Origin: Lama guanicoe
Lineage: Eukaryota
NCBI GenBank assembly: GCA_013239625.1
Contig: MU053557.1
Span: 2,882,123 to 2,946,122, forward strand
Reading direction: 5' to 3'
DNA length: 64,000 bases
Position 1 is the stretch's first letter. Every line of letters starts with the position of its first letter. The notes under the pieces were generated by a model. The model ran no database searches and was not told the DNA's origin. It saw only the letters and a list, made by a program, of their open reading frames with translations. Of this stretch, positions 12,919-27,100 are shown piece after piece. The position numbers and the translations under genes are program-made.

Positions 12919-15371
12919 AAAGAAAGCTACAAAGTCTACCACAAAAGGGTATGATATTCCACCAAGACCCCCAAGTTATTCCTACCTCCATGTCTTCGCA
13001 GTTGCAAGTCCCTCTGCCTGGAAGACTCTTCCCTGGGCTGTTTGCATGGCTGGCAAAGAGCCATCAGTCATGCCTCAGCTCAAAGTCTTTCTTCCATAAA
13101 ACCCTCTCTGTCCACCCTATTCCTATCAGGCCAGCGTTCCCAGGTTACTCACTATGCTATTTATCCTATTTGTATTTTCTTCCCAGCCCTGGTCACTATG
13201 TTAAAGTTCCTGGTTACTGATGTCTACTTGTGGTTATCTGTTTTCCCTGCTAGAATGGAAGCACCACGAGGCCAGGAGCAGCAGCTGCTTTGTTTCCTTC
13301 TTGAAATTTCTCCAGAGCCTGATCCCTGCCTGGTCCCACACAGAGGCTTTAAAAACATCTGAAGGAATTAATGCTCCCCCAGAGGGCTTTACTGCTAGGT
13401 AAGAGCGTGCCACTGGCCACATGTGTCCACTATTCTATGCAGAATTAGAGAACCAGCTGGCAAAGGAGAGATTGCACTGGAGACCTGAGAAATCCTTGCC
13501 AATAAGCACCCAGCATGAGCTATGAATGCTCTGAGGGCTGCCAAGGAGACCCGGTATGAAGCTTACTTTCCAGAAGACTGATTTGGAGGGTATTCTATAG
13601 TTAGGTCTCTGCAAAGTCATCATTTAAATTTTATCTGCATCTCCTTGTTTGATCTTGTTTAGTTTGGGTTTCCATCTTACTTTGGGTCTAATGCTCATAA
13701 AGGTTTATCATTTGTCTTACCCCACCAGAATTTAAGGTCCATAAGAGCAGGGATCCATCTGTCTTTACACCCCTGGATACTCAGGATTTGGAACCACAAC
13801 AAACGTGTATTAGGTACCGAAGAAATATTTAATGAATGGACCAGAAAATGAGCCAACACTCAGTTGTCTCTGCAGACAAAGCAGGTGAAAGACCAGGATG
13901 GAACAAATGTTTACCAAGTTCCTGCTGAGTCTCAGGTACTGTTCCAGCTGCTGAGAACATACCTTATTTCAGTTATTCACTCAGTTAAGTTGCCAGGTGT
14001 GGGAGCCCACCTTTTAAGCAGCTAAAAGACACAGAGGAAGTATCTTTCTTCCACGTTGTAAAATCAGGTCCTGCTGGGGACATGGTTCTTTAAATGAAGG
14101 TTGAGCATTCTCAGGAGGCTCACACTTTAATCAGTTCACTGAGGTCTGTGCTGATATAGTGCAGTACCAAAAAATAAATAATTTTGTTTGATGCCCAGAG
14201 CATGTCTGAGGATCAGTAGAAAATTGTAACTAAAGCCTTGGCCACTGCTTCACCTAGAGGATCATTTCCATTTATCATCTCAATTTGTATATATCTGAAG
14301 TGGAGCCAAAAATACCATTTCTAAAGAGAAGACTGGAAATGAGTGCAAATGAAGTGAATTTGGAGGAGGCTGTTCCCAGCATGTACAGTAAGCTTTGCTG
14401 GGGTCAGTTAGACAGGGAAGAGAAAAATGCAAGTTAGCGCAGTGGCATGTCTGAGACTGGAGTAGGAGGAACTGGAGGAGAATTGGTTTGGGCATTGCCC
14501 CCACTCCCGTAGTCCTGGTCAAGTTTGGCTCATCGCTTAGTGGCATTAAAGAGGCACAATTTGGGGAAACACATATTACATGGTTCTGAGCTATCTTATT
14601 AGGTACACAATGGGGGTAAGACAGCACTTATGAGAATATTCTTGAAAGCTTAATACCAGATAATAGTCTTTTCAACTGATTCTGTGTGTAAATAGGGCCA
14701 ATCTCAAAGGAAAATGAGCTTCCTTTTAAAAACTGGAAAATAATAGGGCCATTACACATACTTTGCTCAGCCATTTAAAAGTATCTCGAAGCTGGTTCTC
14801 TCCTGAGGGCTTATCAAGACACACGCCTGTGGTGCCAAAGGAAGTAGGCTGTTTACAGTGCAGCCTGCAGGGCTTTTTTCCCCTCTTCCATATAGAATCT
14901 CTACTCGGGTCAGTCCATCATTCTAACATATTCATAGGATTGTTAGGAAGGGTCAAGTCAGTTTCAAAGGGGCACTGAGGTCAAGACACCACAGTGAAGC
15001 CACAGACTGGGTTTCAGTCCCAGCTCTAACACTAATTAGCACTGTGTTCTTGGGCAGTTCACTTCGTATCTCTGCAAGATGGAAGGCAGGGCCGTGAAAA
15101 GGTCTTCCCTGTCTCTGCCAGCTCTGGTTCTCCATCTGGTTTGACTCAAATTACCAGGACCAAGGTGGTGCCCTGTCCCACTCACAGGCTGCAGCAGCCA
15201 TTCAGAAAACCACCCTGTGCACAGGCAAGGGAAGAAATGAGTGTTGCCCCTTTGTTTCTGAGTTCACCTCTAAGATCCATCTCCTGCAGGCCTGTAGCCC
15301 TGCAGTTTCCAACTGGGATGTGGAATCAGGGAATTTATAAACAGTGCACCTAACCCCCCTTTTCTCTCTCT

Positions 15372-15748
15372 TTCTTGAACTGAAGTGTAGTTGAATTACA
15401 ATGTTGTGTTAGTTTCTGGTGTGCAGCTTAGTTATACATATTTACATATATTATTTTTCATATTCTTTTTCATTATAGGTTATTACAAGAACCCTTAAAT
15501 AAACCTAAAAAGAGAGTTACCATATGACCCAGCAATCCTACTCCTGGGCATATATCTAATTTGAAAAGATACACACACCCCAGTGTTCATAGCAGCACTA
15601 TTTACAATAGCTAAGACATGGAAGCAACCTACATGTCCATCGACAGATGACTGGATGAAGAAGTTGTGAGATATATACATAAAATATATATATTATATAT
15701 AATGGAATACTACTTAGTCATAAAAAAGAATGAAATAATGCCCTTTGT
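15372..15748 (-). mobile_element. Truncated L1 with inverted 5' piece
   Basis: 15372-15490 is an antisense L1 3' terminus; 15495-15748 is an opposite-orientation ORF2 end (ccatatgacccagcaatcc, agcagcactatttacaatagc). The TSD is unclear. Confidence 0.75.
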
Positions 15749-15887
15749 TACCCCTTCCTCTTGACCAGCATTGCTCCCTGACTTGAAATCTAGTTTCCGC
15801 AACTTGGGCTGATATGGAGAGAGGAAGGAAACCACGCAGCCTTCAGCAGTGTTGCTCATATCTTCTTTACTTTCTGTTATCCTAGGG

Positions 15888-16083
15888 CAGTGTTTCTTGA
15901 AGGACTGCCCTTGAGGTTCCTTCTTCAACAGGTGCTAGAGCGCTTCTTCAAAATGGAGGTTCTTGGGCTCCACTCTGGATGTACTGAGTCAGAATTTTAG
16001 CAGAGTCTGTGAGCCCCCACAAAATACATTTGAAACCAAGCACTCTAGTTCATCTTATGTGTGCTAGCATTTGAGAGCCACTG
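15888..16083. mobile_element. MER5-like hAT-Charlie MITE
   Basis: Ends cagtgtttctt and ttgagagccactg, with internal tactgagtcagaat. Similar relics occur at about 20900-21040, 31925-32050 and 45135-45295. Confidence 0.6.
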
Positions 16084-19000
16084 TCCTAGAGGAAGGAAGG
16101 CACACATCTTGCGGGTCACTCCACTTGCCTGCTCTTGCCGCCAACCATGATGATTCATCATTTGTTTTCATTTACTTATTATTTTTATCATCACTGACTG
16201 CATGCCAGTTACAATGGGGAGCAAAGGCTCAAAGCACCTGCTCTCATGGAACTGATAGTCTAACGAGGGGAAATGATGATAAACAAATGCAAGCAGGTGA
16301 CAAGTGAAGCAGCGAGGAAATCTGCCAATTAAAAGGAAGGTTAAGTGCTGGGGAGGCATGCCTTGTCAGGTGAGGTAGGCAGGAAGGCCTACCTGAAGGA
16401 TGACTTTCGTGCAAAGCCTTAAAAGAAAGAAGGGAAAGGATTGTGTGGTTGGGGGAAGAACATATTCCAGTAAGAGGGAATGACAAGTACAAAGACCCTG
16501 GTCCTTGAGGACCAGCAAGGAGGCCAGTGTAGATGGTGTGGAGTCAAGAGCAAAGTGACAAGAGAGACTAGGGACGCTGATCCCCCAGGCCTTGTAGGTC
16601 ATGGAAGGGCTTAAAATTTTCCTGCATAAAATGGGAAACCATTCATTGGTGGGGTTTGAACAGAGACATGACACAATTCGAATGGCCACCGTCTTGTAGC
16701 TCGATTGCTTTACTTCTAGGCTCGTCTGGATTGGTGGAAGGGGAGCAATGATGTGTGGGGATAATATATTATACCTCTATTTTCATTCCAGGCTATTGTG
16801 CTTTGTTTATGCTGTGACTTCCTGCTCCTGGCTGACCTCCCAAAGACAACATAAGATAGATATTTTGCTTGAGAACTGGGGCCAAGTAAAAAGGCTTTGC
16901 TTGGAAAGGCAGGCCCAGAAGGCCTTCATTTATTTATTCATATCTTTATTTATCCAATTAGCCTTTGATGAGTGCCCAGGACACGCAAGGCATGGTGCTG
17001 CTTTGCATACATCATTTTATAATGCTCTCACTGCAGTACTGAGGCAGGGTTTAACTTATGGGTGAACAAACAGAGACTTAAGAGCAGTCAGCTAGCCATG
17101 GGAAATGATGGGACTTAGAGTCAGAGGCAAGATTGTAACAGCAAACTGTGCTTTTCCCTCCATACTGGAGGGAGGAGAACAAAGCTCTGGGTTCCAGAGC
17201 TTCCCTGGGTTCAAATCCTACCTCTGCTGCTTATAAACTGTGTAACTTTGGGCACTTGATTTACTTTTCTGGGCCTCAGAGTGTGTCTGTAAAGTGGGGA
17301 GAATGAACATTTCCTTGTCACTGGATTGTTATTGGAACTAAATGAGCTAATACATTAAAAGGGCCTAGCACCTAAATGTTCTTTATTGTCCCCTTGATTG
17401 TAGGTGAAGTCACAGAAGGCTACTTGAAGCAACTTGAAATCTTTAGCCTGGACAGGGCGTGCAAACCATCCTTGTGCACTTCTGGAATTGTACTGATGGT
17501 TCTCAACAAATAGATTTCCATTCAACTTAAAGATGGAAGCATAGTCAGCATTGTCCTGAAGTTAAACGGCCAGCTTGGGCAGGAAGCAAGCTCGTCGGGA
17601 GTACTGCGGTAAGATTCAAGGACACTGCAAAGGGCCAGACTGATCAGAGGGTTTCAAACAGAAACCCTATGACTCTTTTCAGTGAGATGAAAACAGGTAA
17701 AGGCCTGCGTTGGACACTGGCTTTGTTTTCCTTGCTCAGTATGCATGTATGTATTTATGTATTATTTATTTGTGTCTGTATTTATTTATGTCTGAGTTGT
17801 GTAGCCTTTAGGCAGGACTGGAACACACCATTTCAAGATAGACAATATCAATCCTCTTTGATTAATGCTACCTGCTTGGCTCTGGCAGGATGTCACATTT
17901 GGGGTCCCACCCACATGCCTAGACATTCGATCATCTGGGTTATAAGCCCATGAAAGGATGGATTAATAACTAAGGTCAGTCAAGGCTTCTTAACATTTGC
18001 TCATAAGACTGACTTTTGGCCAACTGTCCCCTGCGAGGGCCACCCTGCTGTTTATACATGAACAGGCACAGCTGAGCCTGTAAACCATTCTGCCCAGAGG
18101 CTTGGATGTAGCCGCTATTTCTTGCTGAATAAACATGATATGAAAACATTCTCAGTGGTTTTGTCCTAAGACAGCCTATCTCTTCCTTTTAAACAACATG
18201 CTTTGCCAGTGCTGCATCTGGAACAGCAAACACACTCTATTTTTCAATGCCTGGAATGTCTACTGCCCCCTCAAAACCCAGAAGAGTATGCTGCTGCCAT
18301 CACTCATGGAGAATAACAATTTCTTCGTCTGGATGTCAAGACAATGGCCAGCTTTCCATGTTCATGAGACAGTTTTAATAAGACACAAATACACCTGGAG
18401 GAATTTAGGGGGTGGAAACAGAACCATCTACAGGTCTACTGCACTGCAACAGTAAGGGCTGCTTCGAGAGACCACCGAGCTCTGTTTTGAGTGGCCAGCT
18501 CCTTAAAATACATCCACGTCCTCTTAACAGCTCTCATCTATTCTCCTCACAGCAATCAGAACAATCTTCTCATGCTGAAAATAGGGTCATGTTTCTTCCC
18601 TCAAGTTCATACCCTTCGATCATTTGCTCTTTCGATCAAGACCAAACTCCATCATTCACATCACAGAGATATGCACGGTCACACCTCTCTATAACCTCAA
18701 TCTCCGCCCTATTCCTTCTTGGTCTCTGTGCTCCGGCTGCAGTGGGCTTCCTTCAGGACCTCATATTCACTGTGACTCTCTGGTGATAAGGCCTTGAAAA
18801 CACGCTCTCCCCTTTGCCTGGAAAATTCTCTCTCATTCTGCCTAGTTAAGTTTTCCTCATTCTTCAGATCTCAGCTCAAGTGACCACTTCTGGGAAAGTG
18901 TCCTGATCTTTCTGTGCCTTACAAATCCCTATTAGATCTTGTCCTTATCCCATATCCCCACCACTGCAGCACTGGCCACAGGTGACATTCATTTGATTAA

Positions 19001-21739
19001 TTTGTCTTTCATCAGGGCACGAACCATAGCTCTTTTTACCACCAGTACACCCACTGTCTAGCCAATACCTGACATACAGTACAGATAGTCTTTAAGTGTG
19101 TGTTTGGATTTTTAAATAAATCAATGAATAAATGAATAATGTCTCTTGCAAGGAGGTTCACTGCCTAATGAATCTGATTCTAAAATTTTCAGGTTAAGTG
19201 ACATGCCCACCCGTCAACAGGAGGATTCAGATTGGGCTTTCACGCACATCTCTGAATTTATTTGCCTCCTGTTTGCCTTTCTACTAACTGCTACTGCAGA
19301 CCTTTGTGAAGACAAAGGCCTTGGCCCTCTCAGCCCATCTTCTCTCTTAGCCCCATCTGCCAGCGAAGAAACAATGACTCAGAAAACTAATGGGCCAGAC
19401 GCTCTAACGATGGTGATGATTTCACCGCCGGTGATTTTTCTATTAGATTTATAAAATTGAGTCAAAATGAAGGCATTGCCTTGGAGCACACGTCCACAAG
19501 ACAAACAATGGATTCAGAAACACAAATCAGAACAACACTGACCAGCATATGTCACAGGCAAGCACCAGTAAAGGTGATGCAGGTTCAAAGAATCAAAGAA
19601 TGAGAAATGGAAGCTTTCTCTGATGGGAGCGTGATGAAGTGGAAGGAGCCCAGAGTTTGCAATCAGACCAGCTTAGCGTTCCCACTAGTGAGAACCGGAC
19701 AAACATACAGTCACAGTCAGTACAAGTACCATCTATTAAATGGCTACCAGGCATGTGCCACTCAGTGCCTTTAACCCCTACACCAAACACAAAAAGGAAG
19801 TGTTATTTACTTCCATTCTCCAGTCAAGAAAACAGATACTCAGAAGACAAATCACTTTAAGCCATGTTTGGAACTCTGGCTGACCAGATTCCAAAGCCAA
19901 AGCCTTTTCCAAATACTTCATCTCACCAGTCCTCCAACACCACCTGTAAGATGCAGCTACTACCATGCAGAATTGTTTTGATAATTATCTCCAGCTGATA
20001 ACAATACATGGGAAGTGCCTGGAGCCCGTTGGCTTTTATTTAAACATTATTTTCTGTCCTTCCTATTTCTCATCCATTGTTGAATTCTTTATGGATTTTA
20101 TTAGGAACTCCTGAAAATGTGGTTACCATTGTGAAATGATTTGATATGAGAAGATTAAAGAGGGGGACCTACTTCACAAAGCACCTGTCACTTAATCTGA
20201 CACCACCACCAAGCATACTTTGTTATAATGCCGCCTGACTCCAAGGCACAGTGGGCTTATTAGCCATTTTCCCCAGGACACCAATATCAGAAAGGACCAG
20301 AACCTAGTCCAGACTGCTGGCCCAGGATTTTTTCCATCACCACATCGTATCAAAGCACACAGTTGCTTTGTTGTTTTCAGAGGCATCCACTAATATGAAT
20401 CATATTAATAACAATAACAGTTAATTCTTGCCAAGCTGTTAAATTGTACTGGGTACCACACTCACACTTTGGATAAATTATCATATTTAGTCACCAAAGC
20501 AACTCCTTGGTATGTGAGTAATTTTTATTTCCCTTTTTATAAATGACAAAACTGAAGCCCAAGAAATTGACTTTTTCTGTATTAGATAGATGTGTTAGCT
20601 GGTACTTGAATAAAAAAAATCTGGAAGCAAATTCATAGCTACCTTGGAGCAGACAAACGCACAGTAGAGGCCCACTGCAAATATAAAAGGATGAATGACA
20701 CTGACCTTGAGTTTTCCCAGGACAGCCACTCAACTGCCAGACATCTTGACGAAAAGCAAAATCTTCTTAGCTGCAGGATTTGAGTCTGTCCTTTCAAAGG
20801 GACCTACAACGGATCAATCTCTTCTCCGAGAGCTCTGCTCTAGAGCTCTGACTACATTCCTCAGCCATGACCGTGGCTGATCACAGACTCAGCTTCCTGC
20901 CTCTGATTGCTCATAAGATTCATCTGGGAGAACCTTAAAACCCAGGATTCCTAGGGCCAACTTCCAAGGAGTCCGTGGTGGAGAAACCCCCATGCTTCTG
21001 CCACAGCTGATTCTCATGCCCAGTCAGGGTTAAAACCTACCATTAGAATTGTGAGCCTCTGCCTTTCTCTCCCCTGCCAAACCACAGTGTCTTAAAATAG
21101 GGATGAATCTTTGCTATCTTTTGAGTTTCCATGTGCTGAGAACAATGCCTGAAATACTATAGGCAATAGTATGGGGCAGCTAAGAGCCCAGACACAAGGC
21201 AGGCAGTCTGGGTGCAAACCCTGATCTGCCACATATTAGCCATGTGGTTTTGGGTAAATTACTGTACAGTTCGGTGCCTTGTTTCCTCATCTGTCAAACT
21301 GGGACACTTAACAATACTTACGATGCTTTTGTGAGATTTACGTGAGGCAGTAACTAGAAAACATTTAGCTCAAGGTCTGGCATATAAAAACCCACAATCA
21401 ATGCTAGCTATGTAGGCAGGCAAAAAACTCAATCAGCATGGAACTATTAACGTCTATGGGTGACTTGTGTTAAATGCAGTGGGGGATGCAAACAATAATA
21501 GTATGAAGCCCAATTCACTGAATATTCACAGGCACCATGCTCGGTGTTTTACCAACATTATTTTTTCACCTTCATAATAATATGCTGATACATTACTGTT
21601 AGAGAAGGAAATATACCAGGTAAGTAACTGAAGGTCACCCAGCAGGTAATTATCAGGGCTGAGACTGGAACTCAGGTGCATCTGGTGTCAGAGCTGCTTC
21701 TTCCCACTTAATCACTGAGACTTCATATAAATGTTAACT

Positions 21740-23560
21740 CACATCCATTTGTTCAGTCAACACGTATTGATGCCAGGCTTACTATGTGCTAGAAACTGTT
21801 CTAGGTATAGGAGACAGGAATGAACAAAACAGAGAAAGCCTCTGCTTTCATATAGCTGACATTCTGTAGCATGAAAAGACAGGTGACACGTGAATGGATA
21901 TATAACATGTCAGGAAAAGCTAAGTGCTATGGAGTAAAAATAAAGCAGGGTAACAGTAACAGGGAACGTGTGTGAGTGATTTGTTTCTCATTTGTCTATA
22001 TGGTAATTTTTTCTTTTTTATTGAGGTTTAGTTGATGTACAAGTGAGGTGTCACAATATAGTGAGTCACAATTTTTAAAGGTTATGCTCCATTTATAGTT
22101 ATTATAAAATACTGGCTGTATCTCATGTGTTGTACAATATATCCGTGTAGCTTATTTCATACATTATAGTTTGTTCCTCTCAATCCGCTACCTCCATGCT
22201 ACCCCTCCCCCTGCCCTCTCCACTGCTAGTTATAGTCTGTTCTCTATGAGTCTGTTTCTTTTTTGTTATATTCACTAGTTGGTTGTATTTTTTAGGTTCC
22301 ACATATAAGTGAACATATAGTATTTGTCTTTCTCTGTCTGATTTATTTCGCTTAGCATAATACCCTCCAAGTCCATCCATGTTGCTGCAAATGGCAAAAT
22401 TTCACTCTTTATTATGGCTGCATAGTATTTTATTGTATATAAACACCACATATCCTTTATCCACTCATCTATTGATGGACACTTATGTTGCTTCCATACC
22501 TTGGCAATTATAAACAATGCTGCTATGAACATTGGGGTAAGAGAGATGTATTTTAGAGAGGATGGCCAGGAAAGGCCTCTGATGAAGAAACAGCTGAGTG
22601 ATGGGTGTGATAAGGTGTGATTGGATTCTGGATAATTTTTAAGCATTTAAGGTCAGAGGATTTATTAGAGAATTAGAAGAAAGATATGAGAGACAGAAGG
22701 AAATACAAGATGACCCCAAGGCTTTTGGCTCAAGTTACTAGGAGAAGGATGTTCTCATTAACTGAGCTGGAGAAGAATGCTGGACAAACAGGTTTTTCTT
22801 GAGAGGCAATCAGGAGTTCTGTTTCAAGATCTCTATTATGCATCCAAGTGGAAATATCATGAATGCAGTTAGATGTGCAAGTCTGCATTTTAGGGAGAGT
22901 TAGGAGCTAGAGATAGAAATTGAATAGATGATATTTAAGACAGTGAGGTTACCTAATTAAGGTGAAGACTGAGTCCTGGACTCCAATATTTCTGGTTTGG
23001 GAAAATGATAAGGAACTAGCACGGGAGTCTGAGAAGGACTAGCCAGTGAGGGAGAAGGAAATAGAAAGGGTGGACCTTGAAGCCAAGACAAGAAACTCTC
23101 TCAGGAAGGTAGTGGCGACCTGTGGCGACACTGCTGAGAGCTGTAGGAGGAGGCCCTGGAGAGGGTGAATGGGTTCATCAGTGAGTGGGTCACTGGTGAT
23201 TCTCACAAGAGCCATTTTGGTGGAGGGATGGAAAGCGCAAATTGGAGTAAAAGACATGGCAACTGAGTGTAGAGAACTCCTTCAGGGCATTTTTCTGCGA
23301 GGAATGAGGCAGTAGCTAGAGAGGGATGAGGGATCATGAGATGAGTATTTAAAGTGAGATGATTTACAACATGTTGTGGATGGCCAAACATGATCCTGCA
23401 GAGATGAAAGACATAGTGATAACGGAGGGAGAGGGGCCAAGGGCAGGAGTGGGGGAGCCTGGGCAGGGGTCAGGGCTGGGATCCAGCTCACAGTGGGTGG
23501 GCAGGTTGGCCTCAGGTGACAGCAGGGACAGTTCATCTATTGCACATGAAAATGTAAAAC
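21740..23560 (-). mobile_element. L2 element interrupted by an L1 3' end
   Basis: Antisense L2 motifs ttactatgtgctagaaactgttctagg, gattggattctggataattttt and agatgaccccaaggcttttggc. Confidence 0.7.
22010..22538 (-). mobile_element. L1 3' end (ORF2 C-terminus plus 3' UTR)
   Basis: Minus-strand translation TPMFIAALFIIAKVWKQHKCPSIDEWIK...ILPFAATWMDLEGIMLSEINQ. Confidence 0.9.
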
Positions 23561-24079
23561 AAATTTTACATGTTAAGTAGTGTCAAACCATGTAACATGT
23601 TGTGTCACTTAATCCTTAAAGTAACTCCTTCAGGTGGTGTACTGTTATTTCTATATTACAGAGAATCACAATGTTCCTTTGGGGAAGACTTTAAATGTAG
23701 GTGTGTATTTGTGACAATGAGAAAATGAGTAGTCAGGGAAAGCTGTGGGTGGAAGTGCATTTGATGTGGACCCAAAGAGTGGGCTGGTTCTAAATATGTG
23801 AAAGGGGCTGAGAAGAGAATTCCTAAAACACAGAAATATAAGAATTCCATAGATATGTAAAAAGGTAACATATAGCAATAAATCCTTTCTTAGCATGTAC
23901 CTTGGAACCAAACTGCATGGATTCTAATCCTAGCCCTTGCACTTAACTGCTGTGTGACCTTGGAGAAGTTACCTAACTTATCTGTGTGCTAGTTTCCTCA
24001 TGTTGATACATGAGGATAGTAACAGTACTTACCTCATAGGATTGTGAGGAATACACATATGCACCTGTACCTACATCCC

Positions 24080-24082
<3 letters not shown>

Positions 24083-24116
<34 letters not shown>
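24083..24116 (+). repeat. (AC)n microsatellite
   Basis: About 17 AC units. Other CA tracts occur at about 57492-57525 and 58823-58851. Confidence 0.95.
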
Positions 24117-24120
<4 letters not shown>

Positions 24121-27100
24121 AACACAGAAAACATGGCATGTTTTACTTCTGAAAGTAAAGAGCTAGAAAAATGTGTATTCTTTCCCTCTGCGTGTGGGTG
24201 TAGACTTCCAGCAGTCCTGCTTTTGGATGTCCTTGGAAGATATTCTGCTTCAAGGAGTTTCTTCCTCTTGAAGAAGCGTTGTTGAAAGAAGATAAGCAAG
24301 TTTGTTTGTTCAGTCTCCTGTTCACTGAAGAAGAATTTCTTGAGCATCTACCTAGTCAAGCTCTGCCCTAACAGGCTGCAGAGACTGAAGATGAATAGGG
24401 CAGAATCCCCATGCCCAAGGTGCTCCTGGCCACCAGGAGACGGACACGGACATAGGCCGTTTCAATATAACCTGAAGGCTAGTCTCACACTGACCTTCAG
24501 AAGGAAATGTACAAGGTAAAGGGCAGGAGCCCTGAATTTTGACTCAGACAGTTTGGACTGGGGTCTCTGCTCTGTCCCTTGACAAACCTTGGCTCTGGCG
24601 AAGTAGGCGTGCATCAGTTTCCTAATCTGCAACATGGAGATGATGGCAGCCAATACAAGAGACTGCGTGATGGGCAAATGGGGTTGCAGAGCCGCAGCCA
24701 GTGACCCACAGGCTTTGTGGTGCGTCCCCTTCTCCTGTCTTCTTCCCACTATAACTGCGGTTTAGGTGACTCAGAACAACACCTCCACCTTTGGAGTTGT
24801 GGAGCAAGTCTTCCCAGAAAGACTTGACTCAAACTGAGTTATAAAGGATGAATAGAGTTTGTAGCACGGAAACAATCAGGGATAGGACACGTTACCCTTT
24901 AGGAAAAGGATGTGCCTCCACTCGTTTGTTAGATAACACAAACACAGCCCTCCTGTATCAGGGGCCAGACCAGGCCCATCCGGAAACATCAGGCAAGGTG
25001 CCTCATACCTCACTGCCTCTCTCATCCTATCTGGAATCACTTCTTTTTGTCTGGGATTGGGATTTTTGTTCCTCTAGTCCTGAAGCCATTTTGCTGGATG
25101 AATCCTTTTCTATGGGGGCATGGGTTGTGGGGGGAGGGTCCTTAATGAGGTCTGCAGAGGAAGGGAGACAGTCCAACTGTCTTCTCAAAACCCTGTTTGT
25201 GCATCAACATTATTTACTTGTTCTTTTTTTTTTTTTCTGTTGGTGACCTCTTATTTCAAGTTAGACCATGGTAATAAAAGCAGATCCCTCAAGCATGGCC
25301 ACCAAAAGCTCCCCAACCCACAACAGTTAAAACAACCAGCATTCACATAAGAGTTAATCCTTTGCAGAATGTTTTTTGCATGTTTTTAAGATGTATCTAT
25401 ACAACAGCCTTGGTGTTTGTCATCTTTTCATTCAATAAAAATTTATCGAGTACCCGTTACACACTTGGTCTTGTTCTAGTGCAAAACCACATGGGAGTCT
25501 TGCTCTCATGAAGCTTTCAGTCCAACAGGGAGCCAGATACTAACAAAACAGTTTCATCCAGTCTGCTCATAACGGCAAACTAGGATGGGAGCTCTGAAGG
25601 GAAGAAACCTAGTTCTTCAAGAGCTACCATCAGCTGAGGGTCAAGGATGACTTCTCAGCTTTAGCTAAGAGGTGAAGGCTAGAATGAACAAAGAATGGGG
25701 GAGAGGGGAGAGAGAGAGCCTCATCCCCAAAATTTGTGGTCAGAGAGAAAATATTGCGGAACCCAAGGCCTGTGGCTGGAGATCAGGCAGGATCAAGCGT
25801 GTCTGGGGTCACTCAGGAGAGTCAGGCAGGGGTCAGAATATGCAGGACCTTACAGGCGATGGGAAGCCGTTGAGAGGTTAAATGCCAGTGTGTTTGTGTT
25901 GGAGGCAGTGTGGTGGTGTCCTATTTCAAACAAACATTTTGGCTGCAGTATGGAGGACCCAATCTCTATGTGATGGATGAAGAAACAGGCTTGGAGGCAG
26001 AGAACGAGAGAGCAAGGGGAAAAAGAACTAATATTTGTTGACTACATGTTGTTGATTTACCCTGTGTGCAATGTGTTGCTCTATACAGTGCACTTAGATA
26101 ATGCCTCGGACGTAGTAAACACAAGTGAAGGCTGGTTAGCAGCCTCATCCTCATCCTCGTCACCACCCTGTGTATGGCGTTCTGCACATGTATTTATTCG
26201 CATGTTTCGCAAATAAGGAAACTGAGGCTCAGAGAGGTGAAGGAACTACCCAACATCACCTCGTTGGCATGTGGTGGAGATGGGATTCAAGGATCCTCCT
26301 GCGTTGAGAAAACGACGTCAAGGCAAAGCTGGGAGGACAACGCTTGTTTTCTCAGTAGGATCGTTCCGTTCCCGAAGCAGCCCAGGCACTGTGAAAGCCC
26401 TTAAAGCTGTCCTAGAATCCCTCTTAAGGGGATTGTTTGAATCATTTGGATTTATCTGACACTCACGGGGATGTACACAAGTTATTCATTCTCGACTTTT
26501 TCAATTAAATAAAATAGGAAGTCCCCAGCCATAACGTTTCCAGGACAGAGACTACTGGGTGATATGACCGCTAACCATATAAAAAGGAGAACACAAACTC
26601 AGATTCATTCTGACCTCTTTTTCTCCTCAAACTCTAAATAAGTGTAACAAGTTTCTGGTGACACTGAGATGTGTTTTGAGGAAACCACTCATTGCTTAAG
26701 ATGGTATAACAAATAAAGAAGACTTGAATACCTAAGAAAGTGCATGGGGACTGGGACTTAAAAATGGACAGACTTTATCAGGTAGCAAGCTTTGTGAACA
26801 ACTTTAATTATCGCTTTTAAGTCTCAACATCCTGGGAGTAGGTCTTTTTGTTTCCATTTTAGAGATGAAATTGAGCATAGAGCAATTAAGGGACCTGGCC
26901 CTGGTTGCTAGATATTTAACTCCTGCCTTTTCAACTGTTCCCTAGTGCCCCTTCCATGACGTTAATGTTGGACACATGCTCTTATCCTCGCCCACTGTCT
27001 TTAACAGGTTTACAACAAATTTACAGACACGCCTCCCTACCCCTCCCCTAAATCAGATGATAATTGGTGATTCAGAGAGTGTCTGTTTTGACATGATTAA

